A DNA stretch of 57,337 nt, filler included, from Bipalium vagum (taxonomy: Eukaryota): the NCBI GenBank assembly GCA_037834085.1. It is 3 parts of 3 records of this genome, joined end to end, with 100 filler letters (N's around TTAATTAATTAA, not from the genome) between each part and the next. Parts side by side here need not be neighbours in the genome. Positions count along the whole stretch, not along the records: positions 35,433 to 57,337 come from JBBMKC010229638.1; 2 more parts are not named here. One strand, 5' to 3'. Under the pieces are notes generated by a model. It was not told the DNA's origin, searched no databases, and saw only the letters and a list, made by a program, of their open reading frames with translations. A program made the position numbers and the translations under genes. Positions 40,014-53,875 of the stretch are shown one piece after another. Each line of letters starts with the position of its first letter. Position 1 is the stretch's first letter.

Positions 40014-42648
40014 ATACTAAATAATTTAGATTAAATCCAAATTTTAACCAATTATAATTAGTGTTATTTAATTAGATGATTTTAAAGGTCCAATAATTTA
40101 TAGTGGTTTAAATTTCATTTTAGTTCTTTCAGGAAATCTTTTGAATTAAATTATATTTTTTCATTAAATCTTTACTAATTCGGATTTTAGCATATTTTTT
40201 AAAATGAATTTATTTAGTTTTGCAAATTTTTGGAATTAATAAGTAAAACTTTAAAAGAATGAAAGCTGAAGATAAATTAAATTAGAGTTTGATTAGAGAT
40301 GATAATTTGTGTGGGCCTTAACAAAGGCCAGGATAATTCCTTGATTTCCAAATGTGAATTTAAACAAATGAAATCAATGCTCTCATACCGCTCTTATTGG
40401 TAGGAGTGGTTTGATTATTTTATTAGGTGGTTTTTTTAAAATTTTTTTACCTTATCTGGTGGTATTTGGTTTGATTTTTCAGTTAATATATCATTCCCTT
40501 TTTGGCACTGTTTTATTATTTTCGGTGGCTTATAATTTTATTTTTCTTTTATTCTGGATGTCGCTAAAATCTATCACCGACTTCCAGTTACCCTTTTATC
40601 TAAATAGGTTTATTTTCTGCCATCCGCGAAAGTTGCTCTGGTTCTCCGGTGTGGATGGCATCTGGTTACTTCCGGGTTTGCCAATGCTGTCTCCTTCATT
40701 GGCTTTGATGGTTGCATCGGAAGTTGGCTAGTTATGTATAACTTGGCAGATGAATATCGTTGGGTATATTTGAAATTATAAATATAAAAATACATTTTGT
40801 TTAAAAAATTCAGAGTTTGTGGATTGATAAAATTTTAAACAAAACAAAATGGACAAAATTTTGACTATCATTAACTAATAAACAATACTTAAAATAAATA
40901 AAACAGTAGCAGAACTGACATGACCAAAGGACAAGATATCTAACAATACTTTGTACGCCCTTCGGGTATTACATAAATGAAACAATTTTTAAATCCGTCA
41001 AAGACAAAGACTGAGAAATGCTGGAAGAAAGAAGAGCACAATTTAGCCTACAGATCGTAATTCTTCTCCTCCAGCTACAGAATCTGAATGAAAATTTGAG
41101 AAGAAAAAAATAATTAAATAAAAAAGAATAAAATAATCACGCCAACCAATTCGAAAAACTTCATCGAAAGAAAATGAACGATCTAACTTCATACCTTTAT
41201 AATGATAGCAACACGTAGTATGTTCCGAAAAAATAAAAACCGTTGAAAAAAGAAATTGATTTGATAATGCTCAACTGCAGCAAACAGTTCCTGTGAGATA
41301 AATATGTGGAAAATTCATTTAATTTCAAAAGATTCTGCAAACTCGCCTCTAAAATTTCATTTATTTTACACCATCATTTTTTAATAAATATTTTATAATT
41401 TTTTGTGCATAACGTTTTTTCAATATAATCATAATTTTTTTTTATAATAATAAGACTAAGATAGGATATTTAGAGAATGAGGAGATTAGTATCGTACAAT
41501 ATCGATAACAAGCTATAATGTGGAGTGCATAAAGAAACAATGCGTATATATGGGAGAGAATGACAAATTCATGAAAATACCGAAAATAATTATGCAATTT
41601 TAGAAATAATGATTATCGATAAAAATACGAATGATTTTTATTTTGTATACAAGATCCAATGTTATCTTTTGTTATGATTATTGATAAAATCTTCCAAATT
41701 TTATGTTAAGAAATTTCAAGACGAACAATAAATGAAATTCGAAGAATAAACAAGAAAATTTAGAAAAGTCCGAATTTAATACAAAGTACAGAATACCAAC
41801 GCTTAAATATTTAAAAAATCGACACTCTTCTATCAAATTGGATAACAGAGGAAAAGCAATACAATTTACTAAGGTAGAAAAATATATCGATTTTAAAACA
41901 TTGTTAACTTAATGGCTAGCCAAATTTAAATCTGGACCCAGTTTAAAACTTAAACAGTAATACTGACTTAGAAAATTGTGGACAGGAAAAATAATACTAG
42001 ATTTATTAAAATTTTTAATTTTTTAAAATAATATTTCTGGGCATAATTATTTTCTGAGACTAAACAAATCATCTGATATAAAAATTAATTTATTTTAAAT
42101 TTTTCCGGACAGAAGGGAAAATATGTTAATTCATATATATTATATGGATATTCTAAATCAACCATAAAAATAAAACTTATTTTTATTTTATTTTTAAAAA
42201 TCTAAATTATTTTATTCAATAATTTCTCCTTTTGGCAGTGATTTAGTCGTACAAATATAATATAAGAGTGATGATTAAATTTTAAATAATGATAAATAAG
42301 AAATTATTTATACCTCCACAGAGAAGGGAGGAATGAGATTATTGTATGTTAATTATTTTATTTTAAGAATTTTTTTTACTGAATATATTTTTTATATTGA
42401 ATTTTTCAAATGAGCCGTCTTTTTAAATTTTTCATTATCGATGTTATTGTAATCGGAAAAATATATTACTTTGTATGTTTCTTTTTGACTATTGAATTCT
42501 TAACGATAATTTACCAATAGTTTTTAAAATTACAGGTATTTTAAATTTTATCGACTGTTAACCTTTAATATATTTAATCATACATAATCATAATAATTAT
42601 TATAAGTACACCACTTCTAATTTTCTTTCCAGGACCTGAAGTTTTAGG

Positions 42649-43030
42649 ATGGTTATGAGAAACTATTGTTTAATTGATATTTTCAAGGATGTTGAGCAAC
42701 ACTGCGAGATACTGAGTGTGTTTGGAGAAGATACAAACGCAGGATTACGGATAAATTCAGAAAAATGTCACCTGTTACGCTTTGAAATAAAATTTCTGCT
42801 GTACATCATAGATAAAACAGGAATCAGAACAAACCAAATTAAAATAACAATTCAGAAATTAGAGACCAAAATGTGTGAAGAACCTGAAGAGATATTTAAC
42901 TATTAAAGGAGGTTCATCCGAAATTATGTTGGGTTTGCCAATAATGAAATTGCTTTTGATCAATCACAAATGAATCAAAGAATTGATCAATTAAAGAAGG
43001 GCTTACAAAGATACACACTTGAGTCTGTAT
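42649..43030 (+). mobile_element. Ty3/gypsy reverse transcriptase remnant
   Basis: H...L.VF....NAGLRINSEKC....IKFL.YII...GI and NY*RRFIRNY motifs. Confidence 0.8.
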
Positions 43031-43077
43031 AAACTATTGTTTCTTACAATAATTAATTAATACAACGATTTACTGAA

Positions 43078-43701
43078 ATGGATTTGAAAAAAGAACATTC
43101 TCACGCTTATGTCTTTTTGGAGATGAAGCGTGGACGAGTGGCAACTGATGTGTACCAGCAACTGTTGGATACTCATTTAAGTAACGTTTCCTCGCGTGCA
43201 TCCATATTTCGTTGGTGAAAAGATTTCATTGAACATCCTCGTGTGATCAACACAGAAATGAGAGACCCTCAACTGCAATCACAGAGGAGAACGTGGGATT
43301 TGTCAAGCATTCCTTGGGTGAAAACCCGGAGACAATCTCTCAGAATGCTGGACGATTTAGTTGGTTGTAATAAGAATACAATAAGGCACATCGTTACCAA
43401 TATCTTAGGATTGAAGAAACTGGTTCAGTGTGTATGGATTCCACACATCTTGTCAGACATCAACAAAAAGGATCGAGTTGAGTGTGCCACAGAGATTGCT
43501 CGGATTCAGGATCAAAATGCAATGGATGACTGCCTACGTTACTGGACAACAGATGATGAAACTTGGATCTTATTCGATGCACTTCAGTCCCAAACGCAGC
43601 GCGGCCACGTAATTTTGCAAAAGTTGATGAATAACAAGACATTGCTTCTTTTTGAGTTCACAGGTGATGGAGAGTGCAACAGAAGCCGGGCCAAACAGTG
43701 A
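43078..43701 (+). mobile_element. Mariner transposase 5' remnant
   Basis: SIFRW*K, WIPHILSD..KKDRVE, TTDDETWI. Confidence 0.85.
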
Positions 43702-43949
43702 AAGCAAAAGAGTACGTCTCTTTTGTTCATCGAGCTGGGGTACTCTAATGTTACAATTTTGCATTTTAATAAAGTTTTACTGTGAATATTTTTATTCAGT
43801 TTTTGGTACGAATAAGGTTTATTGGGCGAGTTTTGATTCAAATTTAGTTTACATTTGTGTAGATATAATAGTAACGAACTCAACATTGAATATTGAGGAG
43901 TTATTGATTTTGAACGAAAGTTACATATTTCAAGTTTAAGAAAAAAAGT

Positions 43950-44110
43950 AGCAATTATAAGAAGGCCAGAACCTTTGTGTGTGACACTGTCCTGTAGTAT
44001 GACCACAAAAATAGTATTGTCAGAAGCATGCAAAAGATGTTTCGAAGAAATGAAGGAAACATTGACACAGGCTCCAAGCGGTACAACCTGTAGAAAAACT
44101 GTCTGTTATG
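43950..44110 (+). mobile_element. Gypsy RT/RNase H linker remnant
   Basis: SEACKRCFEEMKETLTQAP resembles the W.EECQ.AF..LK..L..AP linker. Confidence 0.55.
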
Positions 44111-45430
44111 CAGTGGAATATTTAATATCAATAAACATTGGTACTTCATTCATAAGATCAGATCTAATGATCAGCTCACTAACTATAACACTATAAATAA
44201 GAATTTTTTTGAAGTTAAGAAACTTAATATATATTATTTATAATTTGCTTAAATAAATTAATTTTAATTGATAAGTCACACTGCTTAAAATGATATATAT
44301 CAGTATTAATAATTCTCCAGAGTCATGTAAATTTTTTCTAATAAAAATATAAATTTAGGAAAAGGCTGTTGCCAAGTATTTCTTTGATAAAAACATACTA
44401 AAATCTGTGTATCGGTTAATATCGTGGGCAAAAATGGCGATAACGGAGGAAAAGAGAAAGAAAGTGATCGTGGTGGCCTAATCTAAAGTTCTTTTTATTG
44501 AAAATAATTTTCATTTCAAAGAAATAATAAAATTGTCTTTTCAAAAATTCCAAAATTTTAATCTTCTTTCATTTTTGTCTAAGCCCAGTCGAAAGGGTAC
44601 CGTGTCAGAAGAGTTAATTTAAAAACAAAACTTTGATAATAAGGTTTCGCGGCTTCAATATATTATTTTGTATTTTTAGGAATAGAACCATTGGTTCCGA
44701 ATGCTGAAACATAATCTAATAATTTTATTATTTTTAACGGTGGTTTTACAGACGTTCTTAATAATGTTAATGAGAAACTTCAAATATTATTTTGAAAGAA
44801 TAAAATTATTTTTTATTAACTAGTAATAATTGTTTAAACTTTAGATTACTACTGGCTGGTGTAATAATAATTTTAATAAATTTTACTTTAATAATAAAAC
44901 AAGGAATCGCACAACGTTAAATGTTCCAAATTACCGAACCCGTTCTTCTGATCAACTGGCTCACAATCAAGTTATATCACAAAGTTGTTGCAGACCAGGA
45001 ATAGAAGAAAATAAAAAGAGAGGAACACTTTAAGAAATAAAGCAGAAAGAATTCACCAATTACAGATCCCTTGGAAAACTTTATTTGAAATTTAACCGTT
45101 AAAAATCTACACGATTCACTGTTAGTCGTAATTATTTGATCATATCATATTTTATCAATAAAACTCTCTATTTGGTTTCTTTTAATTTTTGATGAATATG
45201 GAGGGCGAAGAAAAAGTTTAAAATTCTTAGAAAATTTTTAATAAACCTGAGAATAATAATTATAGCAACCAAAAAAATACTAAAATTTTTTTTTAAAAAG
45301 TGCAAAATTTCTTAAGAATAATGCAAATTATTCTTAAATTTTAATTACTACTTTGTAAAAATATTGCAACAAGTTTTAAAACATGCTTAGAAAAGGTTTT
45401 TATTAAAAATTAGATAAGGATTACAAAACT

Positions 45431-45990
45431 TTATTCAACTGTAAAGATATTATTCAATCCGATAAAGTAGGAACATAAAATAATTCCAAAGATTTTTTTT
45501 GGTTTAAAATGTCTCTGAAGTCGAAGAATGAGTTTTAGCATTGAAAATCTTCTTTCGATTTGAATTGAAGTTGAAGCACATTTCATGATACTAGAGTAAT
45601 TGTTTGGAGATATATTTTGATTTTCGAGTCTCATAATTTTTTTGCAAACAAATTTTTCTAATCTTGAATTAAGATATTCCTTTAAATTTTTTGGGTCTTT
45701 ATCAAAATTCATAAAATCGAATAAGTCAATCATTTCCTTATTTCAAAGTTTATGCAGAGGCACATCTGCTGAAACAGGGGTTTGTTAGTAAATGAACAAA
45801 ATTATGTTTAGGTTTAATTACAAATGACTGCTCCAATTTGTTTATACTTAAACCATTAATCCTTCGGATATGTTTTTTATTATTGTGGTACTCTCAACAA
45901 TGGATTTTCGCTCTTGATTTACTCTTACCATACAAAAATTGCAAAAAAGATTGCTATAATTTGCTAAGGTAAAATTAACTCTTATATGTG
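45431..45990 (-). mobile_element. hAT-type transposase C-terminal dimerisation-domain remnant
   Basis: CASTSIQIERRFSMLK.IL...R. Confidence 0.7.
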
Positions 45991-45998
45991 ACTAAATA

Positions 45999-46320
45999 TA
46001 TTGGGTAGTCTAAAACGTTTCCGCCGATTTTGTTAAAAGACGGTGAAAATGTTCTTTATGTAGTTTGATTGAAATTGATTTTTTTTAATATATCATTTTA
46101 AATTTTATTATAATCCTAGCATTCAAATAATTTTAAGAAGTAGGCATTTTGATTATTTTATACAATTTTATTCATCTTTAGAAATAAATAGAAATAAAGA
46201 TGAAATGCAATACATAATGAAATTTTATTTCTTGAAAGTTAAAAATGCTACACAGGTAACTAAAAAGATTAATCCTGTTTATGGAGCGGATACGGTTTCG
46301 GATAGAAAAATACTGAGACC
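45999..46320 (+). mobile_element. Mariner 5' end
   Basis: TA-TTGGGTAGTCTAAAACGTTTCCGCCG TIR; YIMKFYFLKVKNATQVTKKINPVYGADTVS. Confidence 0.8.
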
Positions 46321-46488
46321 TTGTAAAAATCCTAAATGTGAATTAAAAAATTTTAAATGAAAATGCAACAGTGGGACGTAATAGCAAAGCTCTTCCAATT
46401 GCAGAGACACTCATTAGAACTTGAATAAAAGATGGCATATTCTATTTATTTATATTCATTTAAGATGATATGATACAATTTCACATTC

Positions 46489-47131
46489 TACAGGGTAGCG
46501 CATTTAAAACGTTCGAAAGTATTGATTGATAACTTCATTCCAAAGCAGGCATATTTGTTTTAATGTTTCACTTTGTGTGGAAATTTAAATCATAATTATT
46601 ATGGATCCAGAAATCAAAATTAAAATAATTAAATTGTTTTATGAATTCCAATCCTCAAATTTTGGTACGGTAACCACTCAGACGGGAATATAAATGGAAG
46701 ACACTGAGAACAACAACCATTAGGTGTGCGATTAATCATTTCGAACGTGAGGATAATGTTTATGTTATGTCAAGAAATATAAATTTTCCATCCAGATCGC
46801 CAGACTTGACAGCTCCGGATTTCTTTTTGTGGGGCAAGGACAATGTCTATCAAACCAACCCGCAAACCATCACAGACTTAAAAGATGCTATCAGAGATGC
46901 AGCCCGCAAGATTCCAAAAGAAATGCTCACAGCGGTAGCTTTTTGGCAAGATGCAGAACTTGCATAAATCTCAATGGAGGCCATCTTACCAATATTATAT
47001 TCAAATAGCAAAATACTGCATAAATCTCCATATTTTAATGACCATGTTTAATAAATAAAAATAAAATATTTATGGTTTTTTCCAGAGTTTTGATGTTTTA
47101 CTTTCGAACGTTTAAAATGCGCCACTCTATA
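46489..47131 (+). mobile_element. Internally deleted Tc1/mariner element (rosa/DD41D-like)
   Basis: TIRs TACAGGGTAGCGCATTTAAAACGTTCGAAAGTA / TACTTTCGAACGTTTAAAATGCGCCACTCTATA; N-terminus fused to FPSRSPDLTAPDFFLWG-KDNVY and NGGHL. Confidence 0.88.
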
Positions 47132-47139
47132 TTATAGAT

Positions 47140-47375
47140 CTTTCAATTAATATGTATTGCAAGTGGACAAGTCAATAGATGTATATTTATCAGAAAATAT
47201 ATTAATAATAAGTAATTTTAAGTCAGTTGATAAATGTTTGTCCTATGTTTCACTAACATCTGTTGATGCTAAAAGAAGCTTCAGTAAATATAAACAAATA
47301 ATAACGGAACAGAGAAACAGCCTATTAACAGAAAATGTAGAAAAATCAATGCATTTCAATAAATATTTCTGTTAA
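47140..47375 (+). mobile_element. hAT dimerisation-domain remnant
   Basis: LTSVDAKRSFSKYKQIITEQRNSL..EN. Confidence 0.75.
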
Positions 47376-47559
47376 TTATCTTTTTGTAGTTATGAATTTA
47401 TATATTACGTATCTCCTTTAATAAATCATTATACTGCTTAAAAATTTTAATCAGAGTCGTCAAAACACCTGGTATTAAGAACTTTTTTTAAAAAAATTCT
47501 AGCCCTAATAATTATGTCAAAACATGAAGTTGAATGAACAAGATGTACTGATATTTGTA

Positions 47560-47970
47560 CAGACTGCTCAATTTTTTATAGAAAAGATGAAGAGTTCTAT
47601 CACGCATTTTGAAAGTATCACAAAAAGCAAGGAAGTCACTTCGTCTTGCATAGACAAGCATTATTAACAAAAAATAAATTTAAAACCATTTTTTGATCAA
47701 GTCGTAAAAAAGATTAATTACGAAAATTCACGACTACTCTAGTCAAGATTATTTAAGATTTTATGTGATGAAATAGGTAGTAAACAGAAAGTACTGCTAT
47801 TATAAAGTGAAATGGCTTCAATAAGGGAAAATGTTGGTATAACTTTTTGAGCTTCGTATTGAAATATTAGTTTTCCATTCATCGTGAAAATATTTTACTA
47901 ACTTATTAACAAATTCTTCGTGGTTGATGAGTATCGTGTATTTAGCAGATATTTTTATCAAATTATTTTA
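47560..47970 (+). mobile_element. hAT (Buster/ZBED5-like) transposase remnant
   Basis: VVKKINY, SRLFKILCDEIGSKQKVLLL, FELRIEI, WLMSIVYLADIF. Confidence 0.8.
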
Positions 47971-48599
47971 ACCACACTTTAATTATTACCATTTTTTGCA
48001 TAGTTCCATTTGTGGCGAAAATGAGATCCGCTAATTACTATCACCTAGTCAATGAAAAAATCATTTAATAACACCTCATTTTATATCCGTTTAATGTCAC
48101 AAAATAATTTTAAAAATATTATTCAATATTCGTGTAATATCATATTTAAATTAAAGATATTTTGTATAAATTATTAATTTAACCCTGATTAAAGAAGCAT
48201 TAAACTTAACAATTAAGTTCAGTGCAGGGTCAAAAAAATCTGTAACATTACAAATTTTTTCCGGTATGCCAACATTGGTGTATATTGTAATAAATTGAAA
48301 AAAATTTACGATAATTAAAAAAAATTATCAATTTTCTTTTCTTATTCTAAAGCCTAATTATTTCATAAAATGTGAGTTAAGTAATTTAAAAATTGAATTA
48401 ACAAAAGAAAATGTTGAATTCACAGTGGCACGACTATACAATATATCATATTTGAAGCTATTAATTATTTTAAGAATCTGGAATATGGTTTGTTTAAAAT
48501 TGTCCGGATAAACTAGATTTTTTTTATATTAGTCAAAATTAAAAATAAAGTTAAGAAATCTCTTTTTGATTATTTATACAGAATAAAACGAAATTTTTA

Positions 48600-49410
48600 G
48601 TGATTCATCCACAAAAATCTCATTTAATAGATTCACAACCAATCAAATCGTCTCCAAATACTTCTATATTACGTCAAATCATTGCTGACAACATATAAAA
48701 AATGAACATACCTAGGAAAAAAATTTTAATTTTGGTACCTCATGCTGCACTTTATGTCTGCTAGAAAGACTTTGGAAGTTCTCTCTTCAAGAGTTATTCA
48801 CATAACTTGCACATCAAATTTACTGTACAATTGTACATTAAGAAGAAAAGCATATTATATTTTTGATTTCTTGATATCTAGCCTAAAACCTGCATTAAGA
48901 AAGATGTTTAGAAATATTTGAATCTCACCCAAACCAATTGTCACAAGATGAGATAGTTTGATCAATATTTCAAATACTATGCGGAAAACTATTTGGACAT
49001 CAAAAACGTTCAGAAAAATGAAAATAATGGCATCTTTGAAAAGAGAGCAAAGGAGAACGAACCCAACAATTACCAAGAACTTACAAGATTTTTCGTTAAA
49101 CTATGTAGTTTTGGCAAATTTTATTATTCAGGCTGAGAATGCAGAGTACACAATTAAGATCTTTCTGAATTGCAGGTTGTTGAAGATCCCTGTCATATCA
49201 AAGAATATATTAACTTGCGAAAAGAGGTTTTGTAATAATACAGGACATGCGGAAGAAATCAATTTTACCTATTAATTCTTCAAATGTCAACCTACCTCAG
49301 TCTGTGTAGAAAGAAATTTCTCTATGCTAAATAAGTTTTTAGATAAAGATAGAAACTTTGCTCTTGATAACATAATATATTTTATTATTGTTATGCTTAA
49401 TAAATTATAA
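48600..49410 (+). mobile_element. hAT-like transposase remnant
   Basis: C-terminal CQPTSVCVERNFSMLNKFL.KDRNF; upstream degenerate HAALY segment. Confidence 0.65.
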
Positions 49411-49871
49411 TTGTTTTTATTATTAAATTACCACCAATTAATTACTATTTAAAGTCAGAAAAGTAAAAAAAATTATAGTCAAGAAATAGAATGCCCTTAG
49501 AAATAAATAATAAATCTTTGTGATTTAACTTTTTTTTTATTTACTGCTATTGTGTAATATGTTTTGCCTATCTTGAACATTTTTACAAATGAACAACTTA
49601 AAAATGTCGGTCAGCTGGTGTTTATGTTAAACAGATTCAACTGTATACTACAAAGAACTCACGATGTAAGAAACCATAACATAAGAAACTTTTGATATAA
49701 TCAATCAAATATAATCATTTTTTATTTTAAAAAACTTGTGTTAAGAAACTTAATTTCAATAGATTTTGTGTAAATATTAATTTTTTTAATTGACAGAATT
49801 TGAGGTCCAATAAAAGTTTGTAATTTTAAAATTATTTTATTAAGTGCATAATTATATATTTTATGCTAAAT

Positions 49872-50760
49872 ATGACAAAACAGGGAGATGATAAATGATA
49901 AAATTCAAATACTGGCTGAATTAAGTAAAGAATAAAAGTCTAAAAGAATAAAAAGATAATTCCATGCTCAAAGCATGGAATCGTAAAATCAGCGATAACC
50001 AAAATTGTTCAGAAAAAAAGAAACCATCCTAAAGTATGCTTCATCTCAATGTCACTTTAAAACATCACAAATCTAGATGATTTTGAAGAAAACCTTTAGA
50101 CATGAAAGAAATTTAAAAACATTTTCACCAATCAAATGTTAAAGAATCAAGAAAAAATATGTACAATACAAATAGTTATGATTTTATTATTTGATTTAGC
50201 AATGGTTGGTTTTCAAAATTTAAGAAAAGATATGGAATATGAATTTTGACTGTCTGTGGTGAAAAGCTATCATGCGATGCGCCTCGAAAATCTAAATATT
50301 TTTAGAAAAATTCAATTGAAAAAAATTTTAAAATTGTTGAGGATAATTTTTTAGCCCGAACATATTTACAAATACAATGAGACAGATTTGAAATATCTTT
50401 ATAACTGTCTACCTAAAAACTAATGTCAGTGGATGAGAAGCAAACTGTCAGTAGAAAGGTTTCAAAGGAAAGGATAACTCTAATGTCGTGCGAAAATTGC
50501 ACTGGTACCAACAAATTGCAATTAATGATGATTGGTAAGTTTGCACAATTTATTCTCCATGTCACAATACATTTAAAATCATTAAATATACCACAAAAAG
50601 CATTTCTTTTAGTTTTAGTTTTTCATGATAATGATTATGTTATTGATGTCGAAAGTTTTGTTATCTTATATTTTCCTACCAATCTCATCATATTTACATT
50701 CACTACCAAAAACTGTCTAATGAAAATGACCTATCTGCAGGTATTGATGAAGAAACTTTA
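49872..50760 (+). mobile_element. Tigger/pogo transposase remnant (HTH + DDE_1 start)
   Basis: GWFSKFKKRYGI, CGEKLS, YNETDL, KVSKERITLMSC.NCTGTNKLQLMMIGK. Confidence 0.85.
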
Positions 50761-51287
50761 AAGTAAATTAAAAGTAAATTTTCTGTAAATTAGCATGTAC
50801 TGATAAGTTTAACAGAAATGATGTGTTGGAATTAGTTGAAGTCAGCAATAAAAGGTTACATATATTAATATTGAGAATAATAAATATTTTAATAATTTTA
50901 ATCCATTTTATATTAATCGTGTTCTAGATTCCTATAATATGATTATGGAATGGGGAGAATATTGAGTTATCGACAGGAGTTGTTATTATTGAGAAGATTA
51001 GGTGAGAAGACGATGAATATTATATATTCATAACCTTGAAGGTGTGTTAATAGCATACATTTTTGTTATCTTTTTTATTAATTTACCATGTAAAAATTTT
51101 TCTTCTTAAAAATATTTGTTATCAAAAGTTTCATATATTTCGAGCACATCGTTCTGGAAGACCAATAGCAGATAAGGACGTCAAAATTCCAAAAATAAAC
51201 TCAATTATCTTTTTATGCGATTTTAGAGTTATACAGTTTTTTTAAAATTTTTCGATAAGCTAGAAACTTAATCAATCACATTTACAT

Positions 51288-51764
51288 ATGTTTGAAAGGA
51301 TTTTAATGTTAAACTGTATAAACCATGTTGCATTATCAATTGCTAAAATTAAACCATACACATTAAAAGCTTGTTTGAAAGAAGTTTGGCCTGAATGCGT
51401 ATTTAATAAAGATGTACCAAATCAAACAACAACCATATCATCAAAAATTATTTTACTGGCCAAAGCAATTAGTGGCGAATGCTTTGATAAATTTGACGAG
51501 AATGATATTGAAGAATTGCTTGAGGACGCAGCCTTATGTGACAAAGAAATTTTAGAAAGTTTGGAATTAGATCCTATCGAAGATCCTTTTGAAGACAATG
51601 AATTAGAAGAAAAATCAGTTGGAAAATCATTCTCTATTAAATGTTTAGGGCGTGCCTTAAAATTTACACGTGATCTTAAATTTTGTATGTCAGGTTACCA
51701 AGAACTCTATAAAAATTTATCCAAGCCATCACAGACATTAATTACTGACTATTTTATGCATTAA
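51288..51764 (+). mobile_element. Tigger/pogo transposase C-terminal region (158-codon open frame)
   Basis: LKACLKEVWPECV, acidic tail, terminal QTLITDYF. Confidence 0.78.
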
Positions 51765-51899
51765 TAATAATAAATGTGGCTTGTTTTCATGTTTTTTTTG
51801 TTTAATTGCTATTTTTCGTATTTATAAACAGTTGAAACCCTAAAAATAACATTTTGGAAATAATTTTATCAAATTCCAATAGGGGACCATTAGTTAAAA

Positions 51900-52350
51900 A
51901 TTTTCAGGACGGTGGTCCGTATCTACTGCATAAAAAATTGAATGTAATCGAAAAGGATATAAGCAGTTATGACACATTGCAAAATGTATTAAAACATTTA
52001 AAAAAGCTATTTTTCCGAATTTCCGTTTGTGAAAATTTATTGTAACATTATGAAATGGAACCATTTCTTAAACGGTTGGTAATCGATAATGAAAAATGGA
52101 TAAGATATGACAATAATGTGAAGAAAAGATAATGATCAAAAGGCGGTAAAACTCCACAAACGACTGCAAAGCCAGTTAACTCCAAGAAAATTTATTACGT
52201 CCATGTGATGAAATTTTAAAGGAATCGTTCATTAAGCGCTCCTAGAACCCAACCAAACAGATATTTTATTGTGCCCAATTAAAAGGTTAAATCAATCGAT
52301 TCAAAAAAGGCAATCAAATTTTTCAACAGAAAAACAATCATCCCACATAA
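51900..52350 (+). mobile_element. Mariner catalytic-domain remnant
   Basis: PFLKRLVIDNEKWIRYDNNVKKR, TPQTTAKP. Confidence 0.82.
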
Positions 52351-52379
52351 TATTGAAAGCGAACTAAGGATTATACGCT

Positions 52380-53250
52380 AGAAGTTATATAAATGTCAAG
52401 CTAAGGATATTTATTATCTTGAAGATATTTTTATCGATATCTACCTACGAGAACAATATCACGTGAGCCTATGATAGGAAATAAGTAATAAATAAAAGAA
52501 CAACCATTTTGCAATGCTGCAATGCAGATAAAAGACGGCCCTTGTTAATTGGAAAGAGTCTAAATTCATGTTTCAAATATGTTAATGTCAAATCTAGCTA
52601 ATGGCAAGGCATGGATACCTAAAATTGAGCTCACAAGTTATGTTCATAAATTTTATGCAGAAATGGATGCTCAACGACAGAAGATTGCGTTAATTTTTGA
52701 AAATGCTTCATGACACTAACAAACTGCTATCCTGAAAAATATTGAACTTATACTTTTGCCACCTCACACGACTGGTATATTACAACCACTAGACGCTGGG
52801 GTTATTCGATCCTTCAGCAGATGCATTTTATTCTAGATCAATAAAAGAAAGAAATACGACACGAAATCAATAATCTCTTTAAAGCGACTTCAATGAAAGA
52901 TGCAATTTGTTTTATTCATGAATCCTGGAAACGGTTTTTCAAGGTAAACTATGATTACTTGTTGGAAATTTTAATTGAATACAATTCTTCAAATTTTAAG
53001 ATTTATAATAACAGATGATAGTGAAATTGTTTTAGATACATTAATAAAGACACTGATTATCACGTGAAAGATTATATTAACATTGCAGGTGAAGATGAAG
53101 TACATGAAATACCTAATGATGAAATTATAATTGATTTAAGTGGCAAAAGAAAATCACAGTTACATTTCAACTGAAACAGTTGACGATGATGTTTATGATA
53201 AAATATTAAATCTGAAACAAAGTTTTCAGACAAAACTTATAACAAAAACT
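52380..53250 (+). mobile_element. Tigger/pogo DDE_1 remnant
   Basis: CCNAD...PLLIGKS, NIELILLPPHTTGILQPLDAGVIRSF. Confidence 0.85.
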
Positions 53251-53361
53251 TTTTATTTAGTATTTTTTGACTTATATACGTATGTAAATTTATTTATAGA
53301 TAAGTTGCTTAAATAAACTATTATATTTCAAATAAACTATTATAAACTAATATATTTCAAA

Positions 53362-53765
53362 ATGTCCAATAAATTAAAATTAAATTCGCATCTGTTACGA
53401 TAACAGATACGTCTTCTATTATTTTATGATTACAAATCAGGTTTAAATACTGGTCAATCCAAAGACATAATAAGTAAAGCTTTTGGTATTGGAATTATTT
53501 CTCGTTCTCAAAATTCTAGAAAAGAGAATTCGTCCTTTAAGATAAATCAAAAATTTTTCGACCGTAATGATTAACTATTGCGTTCTGTCGAAAAAATCCA
53601 CATGTCACATCATGCAAGTTATAACATCCTAAGTTATTTGACGGTAGTCATACCATCATTCAGCGTCATTTGCATGTTATTGGGAAAATCAGCAAATTTG
53701 ATGTATGGGTACTGACCGACCTCAATTGTCAACACCGGATTGACGTATACATGATGCTACAAAAC
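53362..53765 (+). mobile_element. Mariner 5' remnant
   Basis: IRLLLFYDYKSG...ISKAFG, HTIIQRHLHVIGKISKFDVWV. Confidence 0.78.
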
Positions 53766-53875
53766 TGTGCCTATGAAATCCCGGTTGGGGGGCTCCGTCA
53801 GGAAGGTAGTTAATAGGAGCCATCAATTAGTATCATGTGAGAAATTCCACAAAATATCGGTATTTATATTAATAG

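Noticed and set aside
40250-41900. Possible gypsy gag/integrase remnants next to LTR copy 3
   Set aside because: Only faint resemblance and no primer-binding site seen after the LTR; not supportable without a search.
53775-53822. GC-rich hairpin GGCTCC...GGAGCC with a CAGGAAGG loop, vaguely SRP-like
   Set aside because: Only a 6-bp stem, without the rest of an SRP helix; probably a TE scrap.
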